This document shows positions 49,797-59,772 of a stretch of 64,000 nt of DNA, one piece after another (position 1 is the stretch's first letter; the number at the start of each line of letters is the position of its first letter). The stretch is from an uncultured Actinomycetes bacterium. GTDB lineage: Bacteria > Actinomycetota > Thermoleophilia > RBG-16-64-13. The stretch covers positions 1,600,001 to 1,664,000 of the forward strand of contig CAWJDT010000001.1 in assembly GCA_963841735.1 (NCBI GenBank), in the 5' to 3' direction. Position numbers and translations under genes: made by a program. The notes under the pieces were generated by a model, which ran no database searches, was not told where the DNA came from, and was given only the letters and a program-made list of their open reading frames with translations.

Positions 49797-50808
49797 GCGT
49801 GACCGAGTTCCGGCCGGTGCCCAGGTAGCTTGCGAGCCCGTCGTGCACGGCGGTTGCGTTGAACTCTGGGAAGCGCTCGGCCAACGCTTCTCTGTCTATC
49901 GCCGAGACCGCGCCGCCCTGGCTGACAAAAGCCACCGCTGCTGGAGTAAGCTTTCTGCCCGGCAGGCGCTGCAGGAAGGCTCCCTGGATCTTGCCTACGG
50001 GCATAGGTATGTGGAGTATTCGTCTTCTGCGCCCCATGGTTCTGAGGGCCAGCAGCAAGAACTCATTGAGGGTCACTGTGTCCGGGCCGCCGAGGCCGAA
50101 CGTCGTGTCGCGAGTTCTGTCCGGGTGGGCGGCTAACAGGGTGAACAGCCGGCCGATGTCTTCCACAAAGAGCGGAGTGAGCGGTTCTTCCCCCCGTCCA
50201 AAGATGGGCACGAAGGGAAGGTGGTCGGAGTAGCCGATGATGCGGTTTAGGGCCGTGTCATGCGGGCCGTATACCCAGCAGCTGCGGACTATGGTCCACT
50301 CCAGCCCGCTCCCGCGGATGGCTTCCTCGGCCTGCCATTTGGCTCGGTTCCAGGCCTCTGGAGCCTGCGCCGATACACTGATGCCGCTTATGTACAGGAA
50401 GCGGGGGGAGCCTGCAGGGAAGCGGGTCGGTGTCTGCGGCGAGGTGGGAACCCCGTAGGTCTTGGTGATGGCTTCGACGAGGTTTACCGTGCCGTCGCGG
50501 TCTACCACCTCATATGTCAGGCCGCGGGCGGGGTCTTCCACCGGAGCGCCGGTAAATTGAGCGGCTTGGATCACCGCATCGACTCCCTTCACCGCCTCTA
50601 GGAGGGTCGCGGGCTTGGTTACGTCAGCCTCGGCGAAAGTCAGCCGCCCATCGGCTAGGGCCCGCCGCCCTACCTCCTCGGCCGCGAATCTGGCTATGGT
50701 TCGGCCTGTCGATCGGCTGAGGGTTCGCACGCTGAGCCCGGCATTCAGCAGGTGGCGGGTAATGGTTCCGCCTAGGAATCCTGTGGCTCCCGATACGAGT
50801 ATGGTCAT
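49777..50808 (-). CDS. NAD(P)-binding atypical SDR (NDUFA9/epimerase-like)
   Basis: SGATGFLG, ADVT, AKWQAE, WTIVR..VYGP. Confidence 0.85.
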   Translation of the reverse strand: MTILVSGATGFLGGTITRHLLNAGLSVRTLSRSTGRTIARFAAEEVGRRALADGRLTFAEADVTKPATLLEAVKGVDAVIQAAQFTGAPVEDPARGLTYEVVDRDGTVNLVEAITKTYGVPTSPQTPTRFPAGSPRFLYISGISVSAQAPEAWNRAKWQAEEAIRGSGLEWTIVRSCWVYGPHDTALNRIIGYSDHLPFVPIFGRGEEPLTPLFVEDIGRLFTLLAAHPDRTRDTTFGLGGPDTVTLNEFLLLALRTMGRRRRILHIPMPVGKIQGAFLQRLPGRKLTPAAVAFVSQGGAVSAIDREALAERFPEFNATAVHDGLASYLGTGRNSVTPTADAL

Positions 50809-50973
50809 ATCGACCTCGCCTTGTGGCGGGTTCCGTGCCCGGGTTCTTCCGGTCGCAAATGGGCCCGGGGAACGCTCATTCGCCTATGGTAGCAGGCGCG
50901 TCAACAGGGTCCCCTTCCCGGCATGACGGGCCGGCGTGGTGTCTAAGATGAGACTGCTTGCGGCGCCTAGGGA

Positions 50974-51657
50974 CTACCCCGCACCTGCTGCCGCGATCTG
51001 TTCGATCGACCGGCCGGAGAGCACCGAGTCGGGAGCATCGTTCACCACGTTAACCTCCGGCCGGGCCGCCGGGTCGCGGTGTTTGAAGAGCAACCAGTTC
51101 TTGTCTCCCCGGCCTTTCATCCGCACCAGGCCCCAACTGCCGCTGAGTTTGTGGCCGTGTAGGATGAACTTCAGGTCACCGGCGGCCAAAGCTGCCTCGG
51201 AGTCGGCCGGACCGCCATTCTCGGCGGACTCTGCCCAGGACACATCGGGCTCCCACCAGCCAAAATCCCATAGGAGTACGGTGCCGGCCCCGTATTCCCC
51301 CTGGGGGATGGTGCCTTCGAAGACGGCGTACTCCAACGGATGGTCCTCTGTGCGGATGGCCAGCCGTTTGTCGGCCGGATCAAGCGAGGGCCCCTTAGGA
51401 ACGGCCCAAGATTTGAGCACTCCTCCAAGTTCCAGCCTGAGGTCGTAGTGCAGGCTGTTGGCCGCGTGCTTCTGCACCACGAACACTGGGTGCGCGTCCG
51501 GCGCCTCACAGCCGGGTGTCACACCGGCGGGTGCCTCGCTCTTGGCAGGTGGTTCCTCACCGGCCGGCTCAGCCGTGCGTGCGAAATCGCGGCGTCGTCG
51601 ATATTCGGTGAGGGCTTCGGCGGCGCTCATTTTGGTCTCTAGACCGGCCTGGTTCAT
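50974..51657 (-). CDS. Stand-alone LigD 3'-phosphoesterase domain protein
   Basis: YRRRRDF..TAEP, FVVQKH, HYDLRLE, SWAVPKGP, EDHPLEY, NWLL. Confidence 0.88.
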   Translation of the reverse strand: MNQAGLETKMSAAEALTEYRRRRDFARTAEPAGEEPPAKSEAPAGVTPGCEAPDAHPVFVVQKHAANSLHYDLRLELGGVLKSWAVPKGPSLDPADKRLAIRTEDHPLEYAVFEGTIPQGEYGAGTVLLWDFGWWEPDVSWAESAENGGPADSEAALAAGDLKFILHGHKLSGSWGLVRMKGRGDKNWLLFKHRDPAARPEVNVVNDAPDSVLSGRSIEQIAAAGAG

Positions 51658-51848
51658 GTAGGGGGCCTCCTGTGGGCGGGTCTTCACCGCCGTATGACTG
51701 CACTGCAATCATCCCCCAAAGGGCGGACGGGTATGCATCAAGTCGTTTCCTGCTAGTGACTTGTCGAGCCAGCCGTCATATACTCGAAGCACTCGAAGAT
51801 GAACGTAGTCACACAAATCGCTGGGAGGCAGTCATCGACGCTGATCCT

Positions 51849-54326
51849 ATGAGCTCCGGTTGGTTCTACATGAAGGCAGGCGCCCCGGCCGGCCAGCAGG
51901 TTGGTCCGTTCACTTGGCAGCAGCTTGTCGCTGCCGTCCAGGCCGGGGCGCTGGCTCCTGCCGATATGGTCTGGCACCAGTCCATGCCCGCTTGGCTACC
52001 TGCCTTGCAGATCCAGGGACTGTTTCCCGGATATCAGAATTCCGCCGTCACGGCTCCGCTCCCGAGGCGCGGGCGCTCTCGAATGGCTTGGGTGATCCCT
52101 CTGGTGGTGGTCGTGCTTGTGGGCACGGGATTGGGTCTGGTCTTCGGCCTGAGAGGGGGGGATGGTGGTGGTCGCCCGACGTCCGGCACGGCTACGGGCC
52201 CTACGACCAACAATTCGACCGGGACGACCGAGACCGGCAACACGCTGCCGCCCGTAACCGGCGAGCCGGGCACGTGGCTGGTCATGCTTTACGAGGATGC
52301 CGACGACGAGATACTCGAAGAGGACATGATCTTCGACGTCAACGAGGCTGAGCTTGTTGGCTCTACCGACCAGGTGACCATGGTCGCTCAGGTGGACCGT
52401 TACGCCGGCGGCTACGCCGGTGATGGCGATTGGACTTCGACCAAGCGCTTCCTTTTGAACCAGGACAGCGATCTCTACACCATCAACTCCCAAGAGCTGG
52501 CCGACCTGGGCGAAATGGACATGGGTGATGGCGCCACTCTTCAGGAGTTCGCGACTTGGGCTATTGAGACATACCCGGCCGAGCACTATGTACTTATTCT
52601 CTCCAACCACGGGGGCGGATGGACGGGCGGCTGGAGCGACAACGACCCAGTGGTCCAAAGCGGACTCACCATGCAAGAGATCGACGATGCTCTGGGAGCG
52701 ACTGTCGCCAATACCGGCATCGGCGCGTTCGAGCTGGTGGGCTTCGATGCCTGTCTAATGGGGCAACTCGAGGTGATCAGCGCCATCACTCCTCATGCCC
52801 GCTATGCGGTCGCTTCGGAAGAGACCGAACCTTCGATTGGATGGGGCTATGCCGGCTTCCTGCAGGCCCTTGCCGATAACCCGGCTATGACCGGCCGCGA
52901 GCTGGGCCAGGCGATCGTGGATGGTTACATCGCGGAGGATATCCGCGTCACTGACGATCAGGCACGCAGCATCCTTGCCGGCGGAGACTTCACGGCGGAG
53001 AGCGTGGCCGCCGAACTGAGCCGGGCAAGTACCATGACGGCCTTCGATCTGGGCGCGGTCCAGGACCTTAACGCCGCCGTCAACCAGTTGGCAGTGGCCT
53101 TGGCAGGCATCGACCAGGCGCCGGTGGCCCAGGCGCGAGCCTACGCGCAATCATACGAGAGTGTCTTTTCCGATATCGACTCACCTTCCTTCATCGACCT
53201 GGGTCATTTCGTCGACTTGATCCTGGACGGGGTCGGCGATCCTGCCGTGGCCCAGGCGGCCCAACAGGTGAAAAGTGCTCTGGCCCAAACGGTGGTCGCC
53301 GAGGTGCATGGGGAAGAGCGGCCGGGCTCCAGCGGTGTCAGCATCTACTTCCCCAACTCGACCGAGTACACGGGTACCTTCGACGGGGGGATGATCAACT
53401 ACCCCTCTTCGATAGGCCGCTTCGCCACGGCCTCTCTGTGGGACGACTATCTGACCTTCCATTACGCCAATGAGGCCTTTGACCCGGGCACGGCCGACCT
53501 GGCTGTGCTCACTCCCGCCGAGGCTGGGCAGACCGACTTCGCCCCGGCGGTCGCGGAGTCTGCTCCGAGCGACGCGGCCCAGATCCTGGGCCCGGGCAGC
53601 GGGGGGGTGACCATCGCCCCCATCGCCGTGTCATCGGCCGTGATAGGACCCGACGAGAAGGTGACCCTGTCCACCCAGATAGCCGGCGCCAACGTGGCCT
53701 ATGTGTACTACTACGTGGCCTACTACATGGACGTCGACGGTTCGTTTCTTAGCGCCGATGCCGGCTTCGTCGAACCAGGGTCGGTGAAGGAGATCGGCGG
53801 CGTCTACTATCCCGACTGGGGAGAAGGGGGCGCCATCGACGTGGAATACGAGTGGGACCCAACGCTGTACTACATGAGCGATGGCAACGAGGCCAACGAT
53901 CAGTTCGCCTTTTTCGCCCCGAGCATCTACGGTGCGGACGTCAGTAGCGACGTCTATACGGTGCGTGGCACCTACACTTTCGCCAACACCGGCACTCAGA
54001 TCGACGCAGAGATGGACTTTAGCGGAGACGGCAACATGCTCACCGTATGGGGTTTCAGCGACACCGGATGGGGCGCCGGCGCTTGGCATGAGTTGTCGCC
54101 GCAGCCCGGAGACGCCTTCACCATCACGGATGAATATCTCGAGTTCGATCAGAATCCCGACGGCGAGTATGTCGATTACACCGGGGGCACCATGACGTTC
54201 GGCGATACTCCTTTTGTGATGAGCAAGTACTACGTCTTCTCGGGCGACTACGTTCTGGGCATAGGGGTAGAGGACCTTGACGGCAATGTGACCTGGGAAT
54301 ATGCCAACGTGACCGTCACCGAGTAG
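51849..54326 (+). CDS. GYF_2-TM-clostripain (C11) family cysteine peptidase
   Basis: WFY..QQVGPF..VWHQSMPAW GYF_2; TM; SNHGGGW and FDACLMG His/Cys dyad. Confidence 0.82.
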   Translation: MSSGWFYMKAGAPAGQQVGPFTWQQLVAAVQAGALAPADMVWHQSMPAWLPALQIQGLFPGYQNSAVTAPLPRRGRSRMAWVIPLVVVVLVGTGLGLVFGLRGGDGGGRPTSGTATGPTTNNSTGTTETGNTLPPVTGEPGTWLVMLYEDADDEILEEDMIFDVNEAELVGSTDQVTMVAQVDRYAGGYAGDGDWTSTKRFLLNQDSDLYTINSQELADLGEMDMGDGATLQEFATWAIETYPAEHYVLILSNHGGGWTGGWSDNDPVVQSGLTMQEIDDALGATVANTGIGAFELVGFDACLMGQLEVISAITPHARYAVASEETEPSIGWGYAGFLQALADNPAMTGRELGQAIVDGYIAEDIRVTDDQARSILAGGDFTAESVAAELSRASTMTAFDLGAVQDLNAAVNQLAVALAGIDQAPVAQARAYAQSYESVFSDIDSPSFIDLGHFVDLILDGVGDPAVAQAAQQVKSALAQTVVAEVHGEERPGSSGVSIYFPNSTEYTGTFDGGMINYPSSIGRFATASLWDDYLTFHYANEAFDPGTADLAVLTPAEAGQTDFAPAVAESAPSDAAQILGPGSGGVTIAPIAVSSAVIGPDEKVTLSTQIAGANVAYVYYYVAYYMDVDGSFLSADAGFVEPGSVKEIGGVYYPDWGEGGAIDVEYEWDPTLYYMSDGNEANDQFAFFAPSIYGADVSSDVYTVRGTYTFANTGTQIDAEMDFSGDGNMLTVWGFSDTGWGAGAWHELSPQPGDAFTITDEYLEFDQNPDGEYVDYTGGTMTFGDTPFVMSKYYVFSGDYVLGIGVEDLDGNVTWEYANVTVTE

Positions 54327-54335
54327 CCCGTATCT

Positions 54336-55182
54336 ATGGAATCCGCTGAGTTTCTGGGAAGCCAACCACAAGTACTTCATCAACGCCGCCGTGTCGGTGG
54401 GGATGCTCTTGGCAGCATGGGTGATCTACGCCCTGCTCAAGCATTCGATAAACCGGTTCTCTAGGCGGCGCAATCTTGCTGAAGTCGACCCCGGCGCCGA
54501 GACCCGCTTTCGCATGATCGAGCGGCTTCTGGCGGTGGTGCTCTGCTTGGTGGCGGTGGGACTTGTCTTCTGGCAAATGGACGTGGATGCCCTCAAGCGG
54601 GTGGCGGTGGGCATATTCGCCTCGGCAGGCGTGGCCGGTATCGCCCTGGGCTTCGCGGCTCAAACAGCCATAGCCAACCTGGTCGCAGGGATCATCATCG
54701 CCTTCGCGCAGCCCATCCGGCTGGGTGATAACGTCGAGATCGAGGGGGAGTACGGGGCCGTGGAGTCCATCGGCCTCTTCTATACGAACATCCGCGTTTG
54801 GGACAATCGGCGCCTGGTGATCCCTAACAAGCTGCTCTCCGACAAGAGTATCCGCAACTACACTTCGGTCGATCCGCGCATGCCCGCCATCGTGTTGTTG
54901 CGAATGGACTACAGCGCCGACGTGGAAACGGTCCGCGATCTGTTGTTGCAGGAGGCTCGGGCCCATCCGCTCTTTCTGGCCGAGCCAGCTCCGTCGGTGC
55001 AGGTGGTCGACGCCGACGATCTGGGGGTGTCGGTGCGTCTGCTGGCGTGGGCCTCCACTCAGGGCGACGCCTGGACGATGGCCGTCGACGTACGCGAGAC
55101 GACAGTCAGGAGACTGGCTGCTTCGAAGGTCCCGGCGGGAGTCCGCTGGAGCCGGATCATGACGGAGACCCAGACGCCGTGA
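54336..55182 (+). CDS. MscS family mechanosensitive channel; apparent frameshift just after start
   Basis: GIALGFAAQ..NLVAG, PIRLGD, G.VESIG..T, IPN. Confidence 0.88.
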
Positions 55183-55261
55183 ACGCGGGGCCGAGCCGGC
55201 CCGCGCTCTGTGCAGGGGGCAGGGCTGTCCCACGAAGCGCGTGGGCCGGCGCGGTCTGCTG

Positions 55262-56662
55262 ATGAACCGGGACCGGCCCGAGGGGTCGGATTCCTTGAGC
55301 GGAGCCGCACCCCAGCCCGAGGGGTCGGACCCCGTGGAGGCTGCGGATGGCCGGGAAGGGCGGTTGCAGTCGGGGCCGACCGGCAAGATCTGGGGTCTCG
55401 ACCGCAATGTGTTTTGGGCGGGCGTGTCCTCCTTCTTCATGGACATCAGCTCGGAGATGGTCTACTCGCTGGTGCCTGTGTTCCTGTCATCCGTGCTGGG
55501 GATCAACAAGTCGCTCATCGGGGTCATCGAAGGCATTGCCGAGACCACGGCCAGCATGCTCAAGATGGTTGCCGGTTGGCTCAGCGACAAGCTCGGCAGG
55601 CGCAAGCCGTTGATGCTGTTTGGATACGGCGTCTCCACGCTGAGCCGGCCCCTGCTGGCTCTAGCTGGGGGCTGGGGCATGGTACTCGGATCACGGTTCG
55701 TCGATCGGTTCGGAAAGGGAGTGCGCACCGCTCCGCGGGATGCCATCGTGGCCGACTCGTGCGACAAGGAGGAACTCGGTCGCTCGTTCGGTTACCACCG
55801 GGCGATGGACCAGTTCGGGGCTGTGGTCGGCCCCGCTGTCGCGTTTCTGGTGCTGTGGCTACAGCCCGGGGGATACCGCACCGTGTTTTGGATCTCCATG
55901 ATCCCTGGGGCAATCTGCGTGGTGGTGATCGCGCTGTTCATCCGCGAACGGAGACGAAAAGGCGAGGGCGAGGGATATCGCTGCGCGGACCCCGCGGCAG
56001 ATGAGGCGGCGGAGCGTCCTGTCGGGGAAGTCTCCGCAGAGGGCTTTCGGCCGACGGGTCCGGCGGACGGCCGGGGGAGGCGGGAGCGCCTGCGCGGCCC
56101 CCTGCTTATGTATCTTCTGGTGACGGGGGTGTTTGCGCTCGGCAACTCCTCCGACGTATTCCTCATCCTGCGGGCTCGGGATCTGAAGGTAGCCGTCTTT
56201 ATGATCCCGGTGCTGTATCTGGTGTTCAACTTCGTCTACTCAGCGCTGTCCATTCCGGCCGGGCTCCTGGCCGACCGCGTCGGCAGGCGCAAGGTGGCGC
56301 TGGCCGGGTTTGCGGTGTTTGCCGGGGCTTATGCGTGGATGGCGGTGGCGCGTTCTCAGTCGGCGGTTTGGGGAGTGTTCGCCGTCTACGGCGTGTACAT
56401 GGCCATCGCTGACGGCAACGGGCGGGCCCTATTGGCCGAATTCTCCTCGGGTAAGCGCCAGGGGACAGCCTTTGGGGCTTACCACATGGTGGTGGGGCTC
56501 GCGGCTTTGCCGGCGAGCGTCATCGCCGGTTTGCTTTACGAAAACGTCTCGGCAGCGGCGCCCTTCTGGATGGGGGCCGCCGGCGCGGTCTTGGCCGGCG
56601 TGTTGATGCTGGCCCTGGTGCCGGAGCCACGCAAGGGGGCTGCCGGACCGCGCTCGGCGTAG
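55262..56662 (+). CDS. MFS transporter
   Basis: DISSEM, GWLSDKLGRRK, DRFGKGVRTAPRDA, ADRVGRR. Confidence 0.9.
   Translation: MNRDRPEGSDSLSGAAPQPEGSDPVEAADGREGRLQSGPTGKIWGLDRNVFWAGVSSFFMDISSEMVYSLVPVFLSSVLGINKSLIGVIEGIAETTASMLKMVAGWLSDKLGRRKPLMLFGYGVSTLSRPLLALAGGWGMVLGSRFVDRFGKGVRTAPRDAIVADSCDKEELGRSFGYHRAMDQFGAVVGPAVAFLVLWLQPGGYRTVFWISMIPGAICVVVIALFIRERRRKGEGEGYRCADPAADEAAERPVGEVSAEGFRPTGPADGRGRRERLRGPLLMYLLVTGVFALGNSSDVFLILRARDLKVAVFMIPVLYLVFNFVYSALSIPAGLLADRVGRRKVALAGFAVFAGAYAWMAVARSQSAVWGVFAVYGVYMAIADGNGRALLAEFSSGKRQGTAFGAYHMVVGLAALPASVIAGLLYENVSAAAPFWMGAAGAVLAGVLMLALVPEPRKGAAGPRSA
55276..55333. repeat. 15-bp direct repeat / GGGGTCnGACCCC palindrome in MFS N-terminal extension
   Basis: GCCCGAGGGGTCGGA at 55276 and 55315; GGGGTCGGACCCC at 55321-55333. 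Confidence 0.55.
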
Positions 56663-56685
56663 AGAGCGGCGAGCTCGCGCTAGGT

Positions 56686-57433
56686 CTACCCCAAGCGCTT
56701 CAGCAGCTCGGGGAGTTCGCGGTGGTCGTGGACGATGTAGTCGGCCTCGGGAGGTTCCTCTTGATCGGCGGCGGCCGTGTAGCGGATGGCTATCATGCCC
56801 AGCGCCTTGGCTCCCGCGATGTCGGTGCGTGGGGTGTCGCCCACGTGTGCCGCCTGGGCCGGATCGGCCGCCAACGCGGCCAGAGTGCGGGTGAACATGC
56901 GTGCGTCGGGCTTGGGGAAGCCGGTCTCGTCGGACCAAGTGAGCACCCCGAAACAGCCCAGAAGGCCGTCGCGCTCCAGGAAACGTTTGCAGAACCCGTC
57001 CCGGGCTAAGGCTGGTGTCGGAGATGATGCCCAAACAGTAGCCGGCGGCAGCAAGCGCCGGGATGGTCTCCCGCGCTCCGGGAAGCAATTGGAGGTCAGC
57101 CAGCATAGAGGCTTCCTCGATCTCGGTGGCGGTTTCGACTATAGAGCCTGCCGGAAGTGTCGCCGACTGCACGGCAAAGCAGTCGAGGAAATGCTGGACC
57201 TGCTCGTGGGCGCCAAAATGGCGGCCGTGGCCCCAAGCCGCCATATAGGCCTCGAAACCGCTGCCGTAGGCCTGCTGTAGGTCGTCCTCCGACGCGTGGA
57301 TCCCGCCAAGGGCGAGGATACGGCGAAGCGCCTCCATCCTCCTGGGCCTGACCAGGTTCATGGCCCCGTCGTCGGCTGCATACAGGGTGTTCCAGAAGTC
57401 GAAAGTGAGTGTTGTGAGCGGTGGACGGGTCAC
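56686..57433 (-). CDS. HAD family hydrolase; apparent frameshift ~56990
   Basis: FDFWNTL, ISDT, then KPD and HVGD..TDI.GA in another frame. Confidence 0.85.
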
Positions 57434-57583
57434 GGACAGACCCCCTTGTGGTAAAGGTCGGCGGGTTTGGCACCGATGTTGGTATGTAGAGCTTTCCTTG
57501 CGCGGTCTGATGTCGACGTGAGGGTTGGGCCTGAGGCTAGACCGAATGGGATGGGGAGTGCTGTGCCGATAATCTCTGCAACC

Positions 57584-58822
57584 ATGAAGACACGATCAGC
57601 TAGGCGCCTGGCGCTTGGCGCCGGCCTGCTAGTGACTGCCCTGTTTGCCGTTATCGTCCAGCCAATGCCCGCGACAGCGAAGGCGGTTGGTTTCACTGAT
57701 GTATCCAGTTCTTGTGCCTATCACGTCCAGATCGAGACCCTTGCCCAACTGGGCATTATAGAGGGCTATCCGGACGGGACCTTCCGGCCCGACGATCTGC
57801 TCACGCGCCAGCAGTTCGCCAAGATGGTGGTCAAAGCCATGAGGATCGCGGTCAGCGAGAGCGACGTTTGCGACTTTGGGGACGTGTCGCAATCGGGCGC
57901 GAACAGCTTGTATCCCGACAATTACGTGGCGGCAGCGGCCCGGGAGGGGATCGCAATCGGCTATGTCGTGCCCTCTGCACGGCGCTTCAAGCCTTACACG
58001 CGGGTCACTTTGGGGCAGTTGCTGACCATGGTGACCCGGGCGGCGGGCAGCCCACTCACCGTGCCTCCAGACTCCTACCGCTCGTCGTGGGGCATTTTCG
58101 ACAACGTTCACGCTCCGACTGCGCGCATGGCTGAATACAACGGATTGATGCGCGGGCTCGTTTCGAGCGGAACCACTCTAAAGTCCCTCTCACCCTGGGC
58201 CTACGCCACTCGCGGGCAGGCGGCGGCGCTGCTGTTCAACGTCATGGGAACCGACCCAGCCGGCCTGAACGGCCGCTTTCTGGGCACGGCGGACGATCTA
58301 GTACGATACTTCCGCGCCATGACCGGAGGAAAAGACGGCAAGTTCACGGTGCCCCTGGGCACCCTGGCCCAGTACTACATCACCTACGGCGAGCGCTTCG
58401 GCCTCCGGGCCGACATGGCCTGGGCGCAGATGATCCACGAGACAGGCTGGGGCCAATACGGCGGTGATGTTCTGCCCGAGCAGAACAACATGGCAGGCAT
58501 CGGAGCCACCGGCGGGGGAGTGCGGGGCAACTCCTTCGTCACTGCCGAACTGGGGGTCATTGCCCAGTACGCGCACCTGGCTTGGTATGTATATCCGGAC
58601 CATGTGTCCGATCCCTATTGTGTGAAAGTAACCCAGCCGGCCGACGGTCCTATCACTGTGCCTGGTGACCCCCGCCATTTCGCGCAGGCGGGCGGGGCGC
58701 CGCACAAGGCGACCGCGCGGACGGTGTATGAGTTGAGCGGCACCTGGGCCGTCAGCTCTGGCTACGGGACGGCCCTTCAGCGCATATCCGCGGCCATCGG
58801 AATGACCTGTGGCATCTGGTAA
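57584..58822 (+). CDS. SLH-domain protein with glucosaminidase (GH73-like) domain
   Basis: GIIEGYPDGTFRP..TRQQFA SLH; AQMIHETGW, NNMAGIG, WA...YG. Confidence 0.82.
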   Translation: MKTRSARRLALGAGLLVTALFAVIVQPMPATAKAVGFTDVSSSCAYHVQIETLAQLGIIEGYPDGTFRPDDLLTRQQFAKMVVKAMRIAVSESDVCDFGDVSQSGANSLYPDNYVAAAAREGIAIGYVVPSARRFKPYTRVTLGQLLTMVTRAAGSPLTVPPDSYRSSWGIFDNVHAPTARMAEYNGLMRGLVSSGTTLKSLSPWAYATRGQAAALLFNVMGTDPAGLNGRFLGTADDLVRYFRAMTGGKDGKFTVPLGTLAQYYITYGERFGLRADMAWAQMIHETGWGQYGGDVLPEQNNMAGIGATGGGVRGNSFVTAELGVIAQYAHLAWYVYPDHVSDPYCVKVTQPADGPITVPGDPRHFAQAGGAPHKATARTVYELSGTWAVSSGYGTALQRISAAIGMTCGIW

Positions 58823-58840
58823 GAAAGGACCTCGACGACC

Positions 58841-59197
58841 ATGAAGGATCTGAACGTACTTCCCGAGCACCTGCGCGTGATCGCCGTACCTGACGGACCG
58901 GACTTCGGCTGGCCCCTGGATGTGGCTCCGGAGGTTATCCAGACTCTGGTGGACGCGGGGGCCGTCGTCATGGGGGTGGAGGCGTGGATCGTGGACGCGG
59001 AAGGCGTACCCGCCTCGGTGGGTTGGTCGTCGTACGACCTGGGTGATTTCGACGATTGGGATGTGACTGTGGCCCGCTCCAAAGTAGAGGCGGAGGAAGT
59101 GCTGGCCGGAGTGCTAGAGACTGCCGTGGAGGACGAGGTCAACTACGTGGGCATCGACTGGGCCTTCCCGGGTGACCTGGAAGTCGAGGAGGAGTAG
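58841..59197 (+). CDS. Acidic hypothetical protein (Imm40-like resemblance)
   Basis: AAGGA RBS; W..VI..L....VMGVEAW pattern. Confidence 0.55.
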   Translation: MKDLNVLPEHLRVIAVPDGPDFGWPLDVAPEVIQTLVDAGAVVMGVEAWIVDAEGVPASVGWSSYDLGDFDDWDVTVARSKVEAEEVLAGVLETAVEDEVNYVGIDWAFPGDLEVEEE

Positions 59198-59204
59198 CCG
59201 AGGC

Positions 59205-59768
59205 TCAGCGCAGCTTGCCCGCTCGCTCCAACGCGTCGAGCACCCTTGGGTCGGCTCGGGGATCTTCCCCGTTGAACCAGTCGCGGCCTGGATAACCGAG
59301 TTCAAGCCGGAGCACGCAGTGGTTGGGAGCAGCCTCTGAAGAGAAAGGCTTGATGATCACTACGCCGTCGAAGGTCGAAGACCGCATAATGGTCCAAAAT
59401 GCGCCGGAATAGATGGGCCGGCCATCGACGCATACGACGAAGGATGGCCAACCTTCCAGAGTGACGATCTTTTCGTAGGCAGCGGGCGTCAGCTCGATCT
59501 CGTGGGTATCGGCGGAATAGGTGACGATGTCGGCGCCCGACACAAGGGGCGTGTCGGCGATCTCGATGGAGGACAGCGCGTCCAGCTGCGCGAGAGAGAC
59601 ATCGCCGGCTGGGAGGTAGATGGCGAACCCCTCGCCGGGCGCCGGCCCACCACCGCAGGCGACTCCCAGCAGGATGACCAAGGCGAGCGCAGCCGCTGCC
59701 ACCATCGACGTTCTCGCGAGCGCCGACGCTCGGCCCGTCGCCTGGCGGAGAAGGGCACTTCCGCTCAC
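59205..59768 (-). CDS. Lipoprotein, hypothetical (start uncertain)
   Basis: Hydrophobic stretch with GVAC lipobox; FVVCVDG.PIYSGAFW, DPR. Confidence 0.6.
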   Translation of the reverse strand: MSGSALLRQATGRASALARTSMVAAAALALVILLGVACGGGPAPGEGFAIYLPAGDVSLAQLDALSSIEIADTPLVSGADIVTYSADTHEIELTPAAYEKIVTLEGWPSFVVCVDGRPIYSGAFWTIMRSSTFDGVVIIKPFSSEAAPNHCVLRLELGYPGRDWFNGEDPRADPRVLDALERAGKLR

Positions 59769-59772
59769 AGCT

